Below, piece after piece: positions 39,546 to 50,671 of a stretch of DNA of 64,000 nucleotides. Made by a program: the position numbers and the translations under genes. Location of the stretch: the NCBI GenBank assembly GCA_963805085.1, contig CAWDTA010000004.1, forward strand, positions 384,001 to 448,000, written 5' to 3'. How positions within the stretch are numbered: the stretch's first letter is position 1; each line of letters starts with the position of its first letter. The notes under the pieces were generated by a model. It did not search any database. It was not told the origin of the DNA and saw only the letters and a list, made by a program, of their open reading frames with translations. This DNA is from an uncultured Veillonellaceae bacterium. Its GTDB lineage: Bacteria > Bacillota > Negativicutes > JARBTT01.

Positions 39546-40736
39546 TTACTTTTCACTTTCAACTTTTTGCGTGAAGAGAAACAAGATCATTGATAACAGC
39601 AGTAATACAAGATAAATAAATGACAACGGAATTTGCGAATCGGTTTTTAAGCTACTACCAAAGATCGTTACGAAGAATACGATGATTCCCGTTAATGTGC
39701 CGAAAATCGAGCTCGCTGTTCCAGCGGTTTTAGAAAACAGCGTCATGGTTTGCACAAGTGCATTTGGAATAATAAAACCAATGAAAAAGAAAATGAGGAA
39801 GGTAGGAATTAAAACAACATATAGATTCATTTCGAACGTAAAACCTAATAGTATCATCAATATACTACTGGTCAAAGCGCTAATCAATCCAAAAAGCAAC
39901 AACGTTTTGCTCTTAAAATAATTACTAGCAAAACGGTTTGATAACGCACCTAAAAAGTAAGCACACCCTAATACCAAAGCAAGATTTCCATAGTCAATCA
40001 CCGAATACTTTAGCACTGTTTGAATCAAAAATGGACCAACTACATTAAATAAGACTACAATTGCATAACAAAAACCTGATACTGTCGTAAGCAGCATAAA
40101 TACCGGATGCGCGCCAATCAAACGTATACTGTTATAAGTTTTTGAAAAGCTTAACTCAACTAGATGCAAATTTGTCTCTGGCAGCTTGGTAAAAGCATAC
40201 ACAAAAATAAACAATCCATACAAACCAAAAAGATAAAAATTGGCTTGCCAATCAAAGTAATGCTGTAAGTAACCGCCAATGAAAGGTGCAATGATCGGAC
40301 CCAACGACCAACTCAGGGTAAGCGAATTGGTTGCTTTCGCTAATTCAGCACCAGAAAAAACGTCTACTATAATTGCTCTGGCTACAACTGCCAAGCCTGC
40401 TACACTGATTCCTTGTAGAAATCGGCACACTTCTAGCATAAACACATTAGATGCTAAAATCGCTAAAAAGCTTACCAATGTAAAGAACAACGCACTCAGC
40501 AGCAGAACTTTCCTACGGCCAAAGCTATCCGACACGACCCCAAGAATAGTCTGCCCAATGCCATAGCCTAACATATATAAGCTAATCGTCAATTGTACAA
40601 AATTCGCTTGCGTCTGAAAGTAATTGGTAATTGCCGGCAGGGAAGGAACATATAGATCTACCCCTAGTCCGAGCAAGAATGGTACAATAAACACCAAAGA
40701 ATTTATATTTCGTTTTTGCGATAAAGAATATTCCAT
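39546..40736 (-). CDS. Bcr/CflA-family MFS efflux transporter
   Basis: DLYVPSLP, SDSFGRRKV, RFLQG, APFIGG, LPET. Confidence 0.9.
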   Translation of the reverse strand: MEYSLSQKRNINSLVFIVPFLLGLGVDLYVPSLPAITNYFQTQANFVQLTISLYMLGYGIGQTILGVVSDSFGRRKVLLLSALFFTLVSFLAILASNVFMLEVCRFLQGISVAGLAVVARAIIVDVFSGAELAKATNSLTLSWSLGPIIAPFIGGYLQHYFDWQANFYLFGLYGLFIFVYAFTKLPETNLHLVELSFSKTYNSIRLIGAHPVFMLLTTVSGFCYAIVVLFNVVGPFLIQTVLKYSVIDYGNLALVLGCAYFLGALSNRFASNYFKSKTLLLFGLISALTSSILMILLGFTFEMNLYVVLIPTFLIFFFIGFIIPNALVQTMTLFSKTAGTASSIFGTLTGIIVFFVTIFGSSLKTDSQIPLSFIYLVLLLLSMILFLFTQKVESEK

Positions 40737-40752
40737 TTTTATTATCCTCTTT

Positions 40753-40796
40753 CGATACTCAGTTATGTAAAATTTATTTTACATAACTGAGTATCG
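40753..40796. repeat. perfect 21-bp inverted repeat just upstream of the MFS RBS
   Basis: CGATACTCAGTTATGTAAAAT-TT-ATTTTACATAACTGAGTATCG. Confidence 0.9.
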
Positions 40797-40893
40797 GTCC
40801 TTTTCCACTTGATTTTCTTCTTTCCATTGTATATGATTTAAAATAAAAAGAAAGTATGCACTTTTACGGTAGATACTATCTAAAAGGAGAGCA

Positions 40894-41238
40894 ATGATGC
40901 AAAAATGGTCGCCAGCTGAATGTAATTGTTCCATCGCTTATACACTATCTGTGGTCGGTGGTAAATGGAAATGGATGATCCTTTATAAACTATTTCAAAA
41001 TGGCATACAAAGGTATGGAGAAATCAAAAAATCAATACCACCGATCACCCATAAAATGTTAAGCCAGCAACTAAAAGAACTAGAAGCCGAGCAATTGATT
41101 GACCGAAAAGAATATCATCAAATTCCGCCCAAAGTGGAATACTCCTTAACCGAGAGAGGCAATACCTTGCTTCCCATATTAGAGCTCATGTCTCATTGGG
41201 GAGCAGAAAACAAACCTATTGGAATGATTAAATCATAA
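40894..41238 (+). CDS. HxlR/DUF24-family winged-helix regulator
   Basis: C.I...L.VVGGKWK..IL, ITHKMLSQQLKELE, PPKVEYSLT. Confidence 0.93.
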   Translation: MMQKWSPAECNCSIAYTLSVVGGKWKWMILYKLFQNGIQRYGEIKKSIPPITHKMLSQQLKELEAEQLIDRKEYHQIPPKVEYSLTERGNTLLPILELMSHWGAENKPIGMIKS

Positions 41239-41363
41239 TATAAAACTATACAAGTAATTTAATATTTTTTAAGCTGTTATTCTAACCCAAGAATCATTCT
41301 GCCAGCATTTACGATAGCGCCATTAGAAATATATTTGTTTGTTAGAATGACTCCCAACTGTCC

Positions 41364-42182
41364 TTACTGTAAAACTTGCAGGTCTTTTAATATTGATTTC
41401 GTTATCTCTCTAGCTTTTCCACCAATTGCGCCGTCGGGTGCTTGAATATCGGTGGCGAAGAAATAGCGATGCCCCTGTTTTTCGACACAGCCAACAAACC
41501 ATCCTAATATCCATTTATCATCCTGTAATCCCGAACCTGTTTTACCCATAAATCGCACATTATCATTTTCCAATAAAGTAATATTCTTTTTCACTATCTC
41601 CACATTTTGAGGAGACACCGGCAATTCTCCTGCGTATAGACTGTGCAACAAGTCCACTTGTTCACGCGCCGAAATTTTTAATGAAGAACGCAGCCAGAAT
41701 GTGGTCAGTCCGCCAGAAATATCCCGATTGCCATACCCTATAGTATCAAGACCTGCCTGCATTCTCTCTGTTCCAATTCGCCGTGCAAGTTCTTGGAAAT
41801 ACCAGACAACAGAATCCTTTGTTGCAGACGCCAATGTTTGATCATGGTTCCAAGCAGGAAACGAATATTGCTTTCCATTCCATTTAAATATTGTATATAC
41901 ATCTTCTTGATCCAAGATACCAGTTTCCAATCCGATAAGTGAATTATAAATTTTAAAGGTAGAACATGGCGACAGACGTTTCATACTTTGAGGCTCGTTG
42001 AAAACTGTATATTTATCATTAGCCTCATCGTACATAATAAACGTACCAGTAGTGAATCCATCAAAGTACTTTGCAAAGTCTTCCTTTATCACAACCTCCG
42101 CTGCACTCGTACTACTAATTGAGCTAAAATTAACAAGGGCAGCTGTCAATAAAACTAGAAAGCATTTTTTCAATTTAATCAT
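41364..42182 (-). CDS. class D (OXA-like) serine beta-lactamase with signal peptide
   Basis: PCSTFK (SxxK), SVV (SxV), YGN, FWL...LKISA, KTG, GWFVG. Confidence 0.88.
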   Translation of the reverse strand: MIKLKKCFLVLLTAALVNFSSISSTSAAEVVIKEDFAKYFDGFTTGTFIMYDEANDKYTVFNEPQSMKRLSPCSTFKIYNSLIGLETGILDQEDVYTIFKWNGKQYSFPAWNHDQTLASATKDSVVWYFQELARRIGTERMQAGLDTIGYGNRDISGGLTTFWLRSSLKISAREQVDLLHSLYAGELPVSPQNVEIVKKNITLLENDNVRFMGKTGSGLQDDKWILGWFVGCVEKQGHRYFFATDIQAPDGAIGGKAREITKSILKDLQVLQ

Positions 42183-42200
42183 CCTTCTTTATAGTTCATT

Positions 42201-42299
42201 TTACAGTTGTAATCTAAATATCTTATTATCTCTAGCACATTTTAGATTACAGTTGTAGTCCTTGGTTAATATATTACACTTGTAATCTATTAATGTCAA
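42201..42299 (-). promoter_or_regulatory. beta-lactamase promoter with three BlaI operators
   Basis: TACA-N2-TGTA dyads at 42201-42212, 42245-42260 and 42273-42287; TTGACA(42299-42294)-17bp-TAATAT. Confidence 0.8.
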
Positions 42300-42313
42300 T
42301 ATACACCATACAA

Positions 42314-42367
42314 TTTTACATTCAAAAAAAACGCATGGCAATGAACCATACGTTTTTTGAATGTAAA
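42314..42367 (-). terminator. terminator after blaR1
   Basis: TTTACATTCAAAAAA..CG.ATGG / CCAT.CGTTTTTTGAATGTAAA. Confidence 0.7.
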
Positions 42368-42370
42368 TTT

Positions 42371-44179
42371 CTATAAAATATTTTTTTCTTTAAGAATTGA
42401 TACTGTTATATTTCTGGCATTATTGCCGTCAGCTCGCTCTTTTCCTTGAATATTGGTTGCAAAGATATAGACTTTACCTTCTCTCTCCACATACCCTACA
42501 TACCAACCGTTGACACTATTGCCGTCCACTACTCCGGTACCAGTTTTCCCATATAAAACTACTTTGTCCTGTTCAGACACTTTGATTACTTTTTTGACGA
42601 TATCGATATTTTTTTGAGAAAATGGCATTTCATAAGTATAGAGTTTTTTTAGCATCTCTACCTGTTCTATCGGGGATATTTTCAGGGAAGATTCAACCCA
42701 GAAATCACGAATACCACCAGAAAGATCATTGTTACCGTAGCCAATTTGTTTTAAATAGTCCTCTATTCTAGTCTTTCCCACGCTAGAATCAACTTTCTGA
42801 AAATACCAGTTTACCGAGTAAGACATCGCAGACGTTAGTGTCTGATTTCTATTCCATTGTTCGAATGGATAAATAGTTTTATCCCACTCTAATAGAGTAT
42901 TTTCATCTGTTAGAATTCCACTCTCAAGCCCGACTAAAGAACTGACTATCTTATAAGTTGAATTCGGTGATTCACGTTTTTTACTGTTGTCGTCATTATA
43001 TACCTGATACTGTCCTTTTTTTAGGTCAAGTAAAACGAAAGTTCCGTCGTACCCTTGAAAATAATTACTCAAATCTTCATAGACAATATTTGGGTTTACC
43101 ACCGTCAATTTTCCTTCCGGCGTCGCTCCAGCTGTTGAATTTGCATCAGTCAGCACGATACAACCTATCAGTAAAAAAAGCAGTATTTGCCAGATAAGAC
43201 TAGTTACAGTTCCTTTTTTATACGAAGCAATCATTGTCATTCTTTTCTTAATATGGCCTTTACCACTTGCCAATCTAGCCATCGTGTAATCGTATCCATG
43301 ATATGAGTTTCTTTCCAGAAAAGCAATAATCGCCGTGCCATAGTTTTTATATTCATCGGGTTTTAGCATAGAAAGCACATAAGCATCGCAGGCCACTTCC
43401 CGATCCTGCCGCATTTGATAGAAGGCATACCAGATAAATGGGTTAAACCAGTGCATGATTTGCAAAAATACTGTAACCCAATTGATATAAAGATCTTTGC
43501 GTTTAAGATGAGCCAATTCATGTAGCAAAATAAACCGTAAATCCTCATTGCTAAAATTGCTGATAATGCCACTTGGCAAGATAATATGCGGATTTGTTGC
43601 TCCCACCACCATTGGGATTCGGACTTTTGGTGACTCAATCAGCACGATATTACGCTTAATGTTGATTATACTCTTACATTCTCCAAGCAATTTGATTGCA
43701 GGGTTATCATTTACCACGAAACTATCCTTTATCAAGCATTTTAGCTTAAATGTCAAATGAATCGTGTAAAATGTTAAGCCTATCACTCCAATGAACCAGA
43801 CAATAAATAGGACACCGTATCTAGAGTTAATGAATTTTCTACTGACAGATAACGAATAATCGTCAGTAACATTTATCATATTTACGATCGGCGAATGTTT
43901 TTCTTTATTCTGAACTGTCTTCTCATTATCTTGACTGTCAAAATAATTGCCGGTCAAATTCTGAATGCTTATATGATTAAAAATATTAAATACGCTTAAT
44001 GAACTTTCAGGCGCGTAAGGAATTAACAACTTAAATATCAACAAAAACCATATGAGATACTGCCAAGTAGCATTCATTCTATTTTTCAGAACCAATCGAA
44101 GAATTGTAATCAGACCTATTAGAATGCTCCCCATGAGTGAAGAGTATAGTAACCAAGAAATAAAGGAATATATCTCCAT
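42371..44179 (-). CDS. blaR1: beta-lactam sensor/signal transducer
   Basis: M56 protease (HELAH, HWFNP, DREVACD) and C-terminal penicillin-binding sensor (STYK, SVN, KTG). Confidence 0.95.
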   Translation of the reverse strand: MEIYSFISWLLYSSLMGSILIGLITILRLVLKNRMNATWQYLIWFLLIFKLLIPYAPESSLSVFNIFNHISIQNLTGNYFDSQDNEKTVQNKEKHSPIVNMINVTDDYSLSVSRKFINSRYGVLFIVWFIGVIGLTFYTIHLTFKLKCLIKDSFVVNDNPAIKLLGECKSIINIKRNIVLIESPKVRIPMVVGATNPHIILPSGIISNFSNEDLRFILLHELAHLKRKDLYINWVTVFLQIMHWFNPFIWYAFYQMRQDREVACDAYVLSMLKPDEYKNYGTAIIAFLERNSYHGYDYTMARLASGKGHIKKRMTMIASYKKGTVTSLIWQILLFLLIGCIVLTDANSTAGATPEGKLTVVNPNIVYEDLSNYFQGYDGTFVLLDLKKGQYQVYNDDNSKKRESPNSTYKIVSSLVGLESGILTDENTLLEWDKTIYPFEQWNRNQTLTSAMSYSVNWYFQKVDSSVGKTRIEDYLKQIGYGNNDLSGGIRDFWVESSLKISPIEQVEMLKKLYTYEMPFSQKNIDIVKKVIKVSEQDKVVLYGKTGTGVVDGNSVNGWYVGYVEREGKVYIFATNIQGKERADGNNARNITVSILKEKNIL

Positions 44180-44194
44180 GAAAAAACTCCACCT

Positions 44195-44578
44195 TTATTT
44201 TTCTTTTCGCTCAAGGATATCCTTTAGTTCAGCAATCTCTTCTTTTGATAATTGTTTTTCTTCTAAAAAATTGGCAAACATAACATTTAAAGCACCAGAA
44301 AATACCTTTTCCAAAAAAGAATGACTTTCCGCTTTTACACACTCATTCTCTGATACCAGCGGATAATAAACATATGTCCGGCCATCCTTATCAAACGAAA
44401 TTGCATTTTTCTTTACCAATCGTCCAAGCAGTGTTTTCACTGTCTTTGGCTTCCATGACGTAAGACCTTCAATTTTCTTGATAACTTCGTTCGCGGTAAG
44501 TGGCTGACCTGCCCATAAAATCTTCATGATTTGCCACTCCGTATCGGAGATCTGCGGTAATATTTTCATAGTTTTCAC
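44195..44578 (-). CDS. blaI: BlaI/MecI/CopY-family repressor
   Basis: ISDTEWQIMKILW, WKPKTVKTLLGRLVKK, YYPLV, LSKEEIAEL. Confidence 0.95.
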   Translation of the reverse strand: MKTMKILPQISDTEWQIMKILWAGQPLTANEVIKKIEGLTSWKPKTVKTLLGRLVKKNAISFDKDGRTYVYYPLVSENECVKAESHSFLEKVFSGALNVMFANFLEEKQLSKEEIAELKDILERKEK

Positions 44579-44585
44579 CTCGTAA

Positions 44586-44637
44586 GATTACAAATGTAGT
44601 ATATAACTAATATAGCTTTTTTACTACCACTTGTCAA
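44586..44637 (-). promoter_or_regulatory. blaI-blaR1 promoter with autoregulatory BlaI operator
   Basis: GATTACAAATGTAGTA dyad at 44586-44601; TTGACA(44637-44632)-17bp-TATATT. Confidence 0.75.
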
Positions 44638-44708
44638 AAATATGTTTCACAAAAAAGCACCTATCTTTCGATAAGTGCCTTGGGAACCGCTGGAAAGACG
44701 GCCATTTT

Positions 44709-46430
44709 TTAAACTTTAAATTTTTGAATGGCATCTTGTAAATCTGTCGCCATTTTTGATAAATGGGTGCTCGCTGAGGCAATTTCCTCCATTAATGCTG
44801 ATTGTTCTTGGGTTGCTGCTGCAATTGTCTCTGTCTGATCAGCAACATTTTTACTTTCATTATTTATCGTGCTTGCAGCATCAACGACACCTTTCGTACC
44901 ACCAGTTAATTTTTCACTGGCAGCTGAAATTTCATTGATTTCAGCAGACATCGTTTTAATCATTTGTAAAATTTCATTAAAACTCGCTCCAGCTAAACCA
45001 ACTAACTCTGCACCTGCTTTTACTTCTTTTTTACTTTCAGCCATAAAGGACACCGCGTTGTTTGTTTTTGATTGAACATCTCTAATTAACTCCGTAATTT
45101 CTTTGGTTGACTGAGCCGATTGTTCAGCAAGTTTTCTTACTTCTTCTGCAACAACAGTAAATCCTCTACCAGCATTACCAGCCCTAGCTGCTTCAATTGC
45201 CGCATTTAAAGAAAGCAAATTTGTTTGCCCCGCAATATTTGCAATCAATTCAACGATCTGTCCAATTCGCTTTGATTTTTCCTCTAATTCACCAATTACA
45301 CCAGCGGTATCATTTGTTTTCTGTTCAATATCACCCATTTGATTCACTGTTTTTTCAATTGCCTTGCCACCTTCAGTTGCCGAAATAGTTGTTTTTTCTG
45401 CCGTCTTTGCTACATCTATCGTATTTGCGGTAACTTCATGAATCCCCTTTGCCATTTCATCTACAATTAGATTTGTCGTTATTGATAATTGCAGTTGTTT
45501 TTCTGCACCTTTAGCGACTTCAGTAATCGATTCTGCGACTTGTGCCGATGCCTGAGCAGATTGTTCAGCACTTGCTGTTAACTCTTGTGATGCCGCAGCT
45601 AATTGTTCTGATGTATTTGATAAATGTTTAATCAGCGTTCTAATATTTTTATTCATTGTATCCACCGCTTGTGATAATGCGCCAAACTCACTTTTATCTT
45701 TCATGCTTCTTTCTGAAACATCTTGCGAAAAATCACCAGCAGCTATTTCGCCTAAAAAATCTACTGATTCCCTTAACCGAGTAGTAATTTGTTTTACAAT
45801 CATAAAACCAAGACCTACACCAATAACAATTGAAACTAACGTAATCGTTACAAAGACCATACTTGCCTTAGCAAAATCTTCTTTCGCTTGTTGATTCATT
45901 TTATTAGCATTTTTTTTCGAATTTTCCGATATATTTATCAAATTTTTAAAAGTCTTGTCCGCTAAAACTTGACCTTTTCGTTGATATAAGAGATATGCTT
46001 GTTCATTTTTATTTTGCATTGCTAAATCAATAATCTGCGTATTCGCTTCCCGATACGGTTCAATCGATTCTTGCAGAGATTTAAGATTCTCTTTCTCTAC
46101 TTCACCTAATGGTAGCTGCCCATATTTGGTAAGATTCTCAGTAAATGATGCTCTTAACTGACCAATTTCATTTAAGAATCGTTTATTTTCATTCTCATCA
46201 GCAGTCGCCATTAATCCATAAATATTGCCTTGAATCTGCTGTACATATAACCGATTTTCATAGGCTAATTCAATCTCTGTTAAATTATTGGCATACAAAT
46301 CCTCTGTATTTTGGTTACTTTGTTTTAAATTTAAATAACCAATGCTCCCAACACTAATAATAGCAATGCTGAATACCGCAATGAGAAGATACAACTTTTG
46401 TCTAATTTTTAAATTACTTAATAAATTCAT
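44709..46430 (-). CDS. methyl-accepting chemotaxis protein, four-helix-bundle sensor
   Basis: NLKIRQKL N-terminus, two TM segments, [21 protein letters not shown]. Confidence 0.95.
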   Translation of the reverse strand: MNLLSNLKIRQKLYLLIAVFSIAIISVGSIGYLNLKQSNQNTEDLYANNLTEIELAYENRLYVQQIQGNIYGLMATADENENKRFLNEIGQLRASFTENLTKYGQLPLGEVEKENLKSLQESIEPYREANTQIIDLAMQNKNEQAYLLYQRKGQVLADKTFKNLINISENSKKNANKMNQQAKEDFAKASMVFVTITLVSIVIGVGLGFMIVKQITTRLRESVDFLGEIAAGDFSQDVSERSMKDKSEFGALSQAVDTMNKNIRTLIKHLSNTSEQLAAASQELTASAEQSAQASAQVAESITEVAKGAEKQLQLSITTNLIVDEMAKGIHEVTANTIDVAKTAEKTTISATEGGKAIEKTVNQMGDIEQKTNDTAGVIGELEEKSKRIGQIVELIANIAGQTNLLSLNAAIEAARAGNAGRGFTVVAEEVRKLAEQSAQSTKEITELIRDVQSKTNNAVSFMAESKKEVKAGAELVGLAGASFNEILQMIKTMSAEINEISAASEKLTGGTKGVVDAASTINNESKNVADQTETIAAATQEQSALMEEIASASTHLSKMATDLQDAIQKFKV

Positions 46431-46855
46431 TTTACATCTCTCCTTGTACAAAAATTTTAATAAACATGGAACTATATTCAATATATGAACCCAAAGCTTA
46501 ATTTTTTTAAAACTTATGGTGTCATATCCTTGGTTAAGATAATATTATTTTTATTTATACTAAGATTTAGAGATATTAAAATTATAAAAAAGCTTATTAA
46601 ACTTGCATCATTTATTCCTATTCAGATTTACATTTGTAAATTTTTATCTTTTTTGTACAAAATTTTAAGATATTACTACTTTTCGGTTTTTCCCCTAGTA
46701 TACCTTCCTAAAAATATAAATTTTTACATTTTTATAAATATTTTTAATAATTAATTTTTTTAAGGCGGAGTTTACTACAACTGAGTACAAAAAAAAAGGT
46801 ACATTGACAACGTTTCAAAATAAATGAACCGCCGTTTTGTACCCCTTTATATTTT

Positions 46856-48832
46856 CTAAATTCTAAACTTTGTCACTTCACTCTGTAAATCCTGAGCCAA
46901 CTTAGCTAGCGCTTGACTGGAAGATGCGATTTCCTCCATAGAAGCCAATTGCTCCTCTGCAGCTGCAGAAACATTTTGTGACTCACCTGCCGATTTTTTA
47001 CTAAATTCATCTATTCTCTTAACAGAGCTATCTATTCTCTCACTACCAGCGGAAATTTGTTGCATAGCTACCGAAATTTCCTTAACTTGCCCTGATACTG
47101 CAGTAACCATAGTGACAATTTCCTGGAAAGCCAATCCTGCGGCATCCACTGATTCAGCCCCGATCTTAACTTCACGTGTACCATCATTCATCGCAACTAC
47201 TGCTTTATCAGTTTCTCCTTGGATTTCTCCGATAAGTTCAGCGATTTTCTTGGCAGCTTCCTGAGATTGTTCCGCCAATTTACGCACTTCCTCAGCTACA
47301 ACTGCGAAACCTCTTCCCTGTTCTCCCGCCCGTGCTGCTTCAATCGCAGCATTAAGCGCTAGTAGGTTCGTCTGCCCAGCAATTCCAGAAATAGTATCAA
47401 CAATCTGACCAATTTCTTTTGATCGTTCACCCAATTTAGCCACGACTTGAGCCGAGGTATTGACCGTTTTTTCAATCTGATTCATTTGTACGACCGCTTG
47501 TTTTACTGTTTGATCTCCATCTTTTGCCTTATCAGCTACTTGACCTGATTGCGCAGCGGCCTGACTGGCATTATCTGCAATTTGCTGAATACTAGTACCC
47601 ATCTGATTTACAATGGCAGAGGTTTCGTTCACTGCTACCATTTGTTCACTAGCACCTTCTGCAACATCGGTAATTGACGTAGCAATATGATTTGCAGCCT
47701 CAGCTGATTGCTGCGAACTGGCAGTAAGTTCTTCCGAGGAAGCTGCCAACTGTTCGGTCGCACTAAGTATTTTATGAATGAGATGGCGCAAATTTTTCTC
47801 CATCTGCTCAAAGCTTTTTCCTAGTCGACCAATTTCATCATTCGAATCAATATTCAACTGAACATCTGAGATATCACCCGAAGCAATACGATTTGCTTCT
47901 TCCTCCAGTATCTGAATCGGTCTAGCAATGCGTCGAGCAAACCACCAAATAATCAATCCCGCTAAGATCAGAACTATGATAATTGTTACTAATGAAATCA
48001 TTGTTAAGGAGGAGATTGCTCCCATAACCTCCGTTGTTGGAACATTGATTGCAAACGACCATTTGGTACCTGGCACTGGCGCAAAAGCCACTATCTTATT
48101 AGTACCAGCATACGCATAACCAGCTACCCCAGATTCACCTTTGACTAAGCGCTCATTGACTAAGCGAAGTTCTTGCGGAAGTTTAGGATCTTGTACGGCA
48201 TTTACCTTCATCGCAATTTCCTTGTCAGGGTGAATGATTGCCAACCCATCGCCTTGCAAAACATAGGCATAACCTGTCTCTCCAGCCTTTATATCCAATA
48301 CTTTTTTCGTTACCTCTTCCATTGTAATCGAACCATAAATTACACCAGTGACCTTACCATCTGTTTTAACAGGAACTGCAATTACCGTTATCATTTTACC
48401 ACTGGCCTTGGATACCACCGGATCCGAAATAGCAATTTCTCCCTTAATCGCTTTTTGATAGTACTCTCTATCAGCTAAAGTACCATGTGATCCTAAGGAA
48501 TTTATATTCTCACCATCCAGCTTAATGTAGCCGATGGCATCATATGCAATATTAGTTTTTGCCGCATTGACTAAAAAGGGCATCATCACCGCGAAATCAC
48601 CACTCTGCACCTGTGGAGAAACAGACACAATGACTAACTCTGCCTGCCTAGCCTTTAACCAGTCTCCAACATCACCTGCATGACTTTTCGCAGTTTCTGC
48701 AATTTCAACATTTAGATTTTGCGTAATAATCTGCCTTGCTCGCCAGTAGTTCAGCCCACCTAAAATACTCATTGATACTAGGAAGATGCTCAAAATAACT
48801 ATGATTAGTTTTGTCTGTATGCTTCTCATCAT
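46856..48832 (-). CDS. methyl-accepting chemotaxis protein, dCache sensor
   Basis: DREYYQKA..G...[24 protein letters not shown], conserved signalling tip. Confidence 0.95.
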   Translation of the reverse strand: MMRSIQTKLIIVILSIFLVSMSILGGLNYWRARQIITQNLNVEIAETAKSHAGDVGDWLKARQAELVIVSVSPQVQSGDFAVMMPFLVNAAKTNIAYDAIGYIKLDGENINSLGSHGTLADREYYQKAIKGEIAISDPVVSKASGKMITVIAVPVKTDGKVTGVIYGSITMEEVTKKVLDIKAGETGYAYVLQGDGLAIIHPDKEIAMKVNAVQDPKLPQELRLVNERLVKGESGVAGYAYAGTNKIVAFAPVPGTKWSFAINVPTTEVMGAISSLTMISLVTIIIVLILAGLIIWWFARRIARPIQILEEEANRIASGDISDVQLNIDSNDEIGRLGKSFEQMEKNLRHLIHKILSATEQLAASSEELTASSQQSAEAANHIATSITDVAEGASEQMVAVNETSAIVNQMGTSIQQIADNASQAAAQSGQVADKAKDGDQTVKQAVVQMNQIEKTVNTSAQVVAKLGERSKEIGQIVDTISGIAGQTNLLALNAAIEAARAGEQGRGFAVVAEEVRKLAEQSQEAAKKIAELIGEIQGETDKAVVAMNDGTREVKIGAESVDAAGLAFQEIVTMVTAVSGQVKEISVAMQQISAGSERIDSSVKRIDEFSKKSAGESQNVSAAAEEQLASMEEIASSSQALAKLAQDLQSEVTKFRI

Positions 48833-49053
48833 GTCCGCCCCCAGTTTTCATACTATTCCGACTATTATACAAGTATAATTCGAGACAATACCAATAATAA
48901 CCTGCTTTTTTTTAATATTTTTAGAACTTTTGACCTAATTACACTTTACATTGCAACTTATACAAATTATGGTTAATTGAAAAGTTTCTGGGCACAATAA
49001 CCGACAGTAACGATGATATTCTAATAAGTACAAATTGATTGGCAGGGTAAACT

Positions 49054-50661
49054 ATGCGACAAAGCGTCCTGATAAAAATTATTCATCAGCTAAAAACTTT
49101 CCTAAAAGCAAAAAAGATAAAGAATTGGAAAGCACCCCCGTTGTCATATGACAACGGTAATCTTGGTGCAATATCGAAGGATTTAGATCGTAATCTATAT
49201 TTCATAAAGCATATCTTTGCCCAATGTAGTGATATCATCATCCGAGAATTTAAAATTGGCATGGATCAACAAATCGAAGTTTTTTTAGTTATGGTAGATG
49301 GACTTACAGACAAATCAGCAATCCATGACAATTTGATAAAAGCCCTACTTCTATCTCATTGTAAGATAAATAAGCATAATGCATTGCCGATTGTGGAGCA
49401 GTGTGTTTTATCGCTTGCTTCTATAAGTAAAACTAAGACTTTGGACAATGTCGTTCATGCTATACTTGCTGGTGATACCGCACTATTTATTGATGGATCA
49501 GATACTGTCATGATTGCTTCCCTTCGCGCTTGGGAATCTAGGAGTGTGGAAGAACCAGATACGGAAGCGGTTGTACGAGGACCACGCGAAGGTTTTATCG
49601 AAACATTGCGCAGTAATACCGCCTTATTGCGTCGGTATATTAGAACTCCTAATCTAAAAACCGAAATGATGAATATCGGAACACAAACAAAAACAGATGT
49701 ATGCATTATTTATATCAAAGGTATTGTCGATGAGAAAATCGTCCAAGAAGTAAAGCTTCGATTATCAAAGATTGAAATTGATTCTATATTGGAATCTGGC
49801 TATATTGAGTCCTTTATTGAGGATGCACCATTTTCACTATTTCCAACTGTTGGAAATAGTGAAAAACCTGATGTGATCAGTGCAAAATTACTAGAAGGCA
49901 GAGTTGCAATTCTTGTTGATGGCACCCCTTTTGTCCTCACAATTCCTTATTTATTTATCGAAGCCTTTCAATCTAGTGAAGATTATTATTTACGCCCCTA
50001 CTATGCCAGTTTTATCAGATTGCTAAGATGGCTATCGTTTTCTATCGCGGTTTTTTTACCTTCGGTATATGTCGCACTTACCACTTTTCATCAAGAAATA
50101 TTACCCCTTTCTCTATTACTAAGCATTGCCGCCGCGCAAGAAGGCACCCCATTTCCCGCAGCATTCGAAGCTATTCTCATGCAAATCATCTACGAAATAC
50201 TAAAAGAAGCTGGTGTCAGGCTTCCTAGGCCTGTTGGTCAGGCGATTAGCATTGTCGGCGCTCTCGTTATCGGCGAAGCAGCCGTTACCGCAGGATTGAT
50301 TGGCGCGCCCATGGTCGTGATCGTAGCACTTACTGCAATTTCTTCCTTTGTTGTTCCCTCGTTAGGTGATGTTAATGTCATGATGCGACTTGGACTGCTT
50401 ATTTTGTCAGGATTTTCTGGGCTCTATGGAATTATTATGGGGTTTGTCGTGATTCTTATCCATCAATGTTCGCTACGTTCATTTGGTATTCCTTACATGT
50501 CACCAATCGCACCAGCCAATCTTTCTGACATGAAGGATGTCTTTGTCAGAGTTCCTTGGTGGGCGATGCTGACAAGGCCAAATTTTTCCGGTGCTAAAAA
50601 TCGCAAACGACAAAAATATGGTCAAATTCCCCAGCCACCTAGTAACGAACGCAAAATTTAA
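49054..50661 (+). CDS. spore germination receptor subunit A (GerKA/GerAA family)
   Basis: RSVEEP.TE.VVRGPREGFIE, SEKPD, LLEGRVAILVDGTP, EDYY, EAGVRLP. Confidence 0.95.
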   Translation: MRQSVLIKIIHQLKTFLKAKKIKNWKAPPLSYDNGNLGAISKDLDRNLYFIKHIFAQCSDIIIREFKIGMDQQIEVFLVMVDGLTDKSAIHDNLIKALLLSHCKINKHNALPIVEQCVLSLASISKTKTLDNVVHAILAGDTALFIDGSDTVMIASLRAWESRSVEEPDTEAVVRGPREGFIETLRSNTALLRRYIRTPNLKTEMMNIGTQTKTDVCIIYIKGIVDEKIVQEVKLRLSKIEIDSILESGYIESFIEDAPFSLFPTVGNSEKPDVISAKLLEGRVAILVDGTPFVLTIPYLFIEAFQSSEDYYLRPYYASFIRLLRWLSFSIAVFLPSVYVALTTFHQEILPLSLLLSIAAAQEGTPFPAAFEAILMQIIYEILKEAGVRLPRPVGQAISIVGALVIGEAAVTAGLIGAPMVVIVALTAISSFVVPSLGDVNVMMRLGLLILSGFSGLYGIIMGFVVILIHQCSLRSFGIPYMSPIAPANLSDMKDVFVRVPWWAMLTRPNFSGAKNRKRQKYGQIPQPPSNERKI

Positions 50662-50671
50662 TAATTGAAAA

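Noticed and set aside
40894-41238. HxlR-family gene as the regulator of hxlAB
   Set aside because: It is 20 kb away and divergent from an MFS pump, which is its more likely target
46485-46754. 89-aa plus-strand ORF; similarly 17406-17609 and 23554-23769
   Set aside because: Low-complexity translations of AT-rich promoter regions
48971-48999. Sigma-F/G-like promoter before the ger operon (GGTTA...GGGCACAATA)
   Set aside because: The -10 fits but the -35 and spacing are marginal; plausible but not supportable from sequence alone
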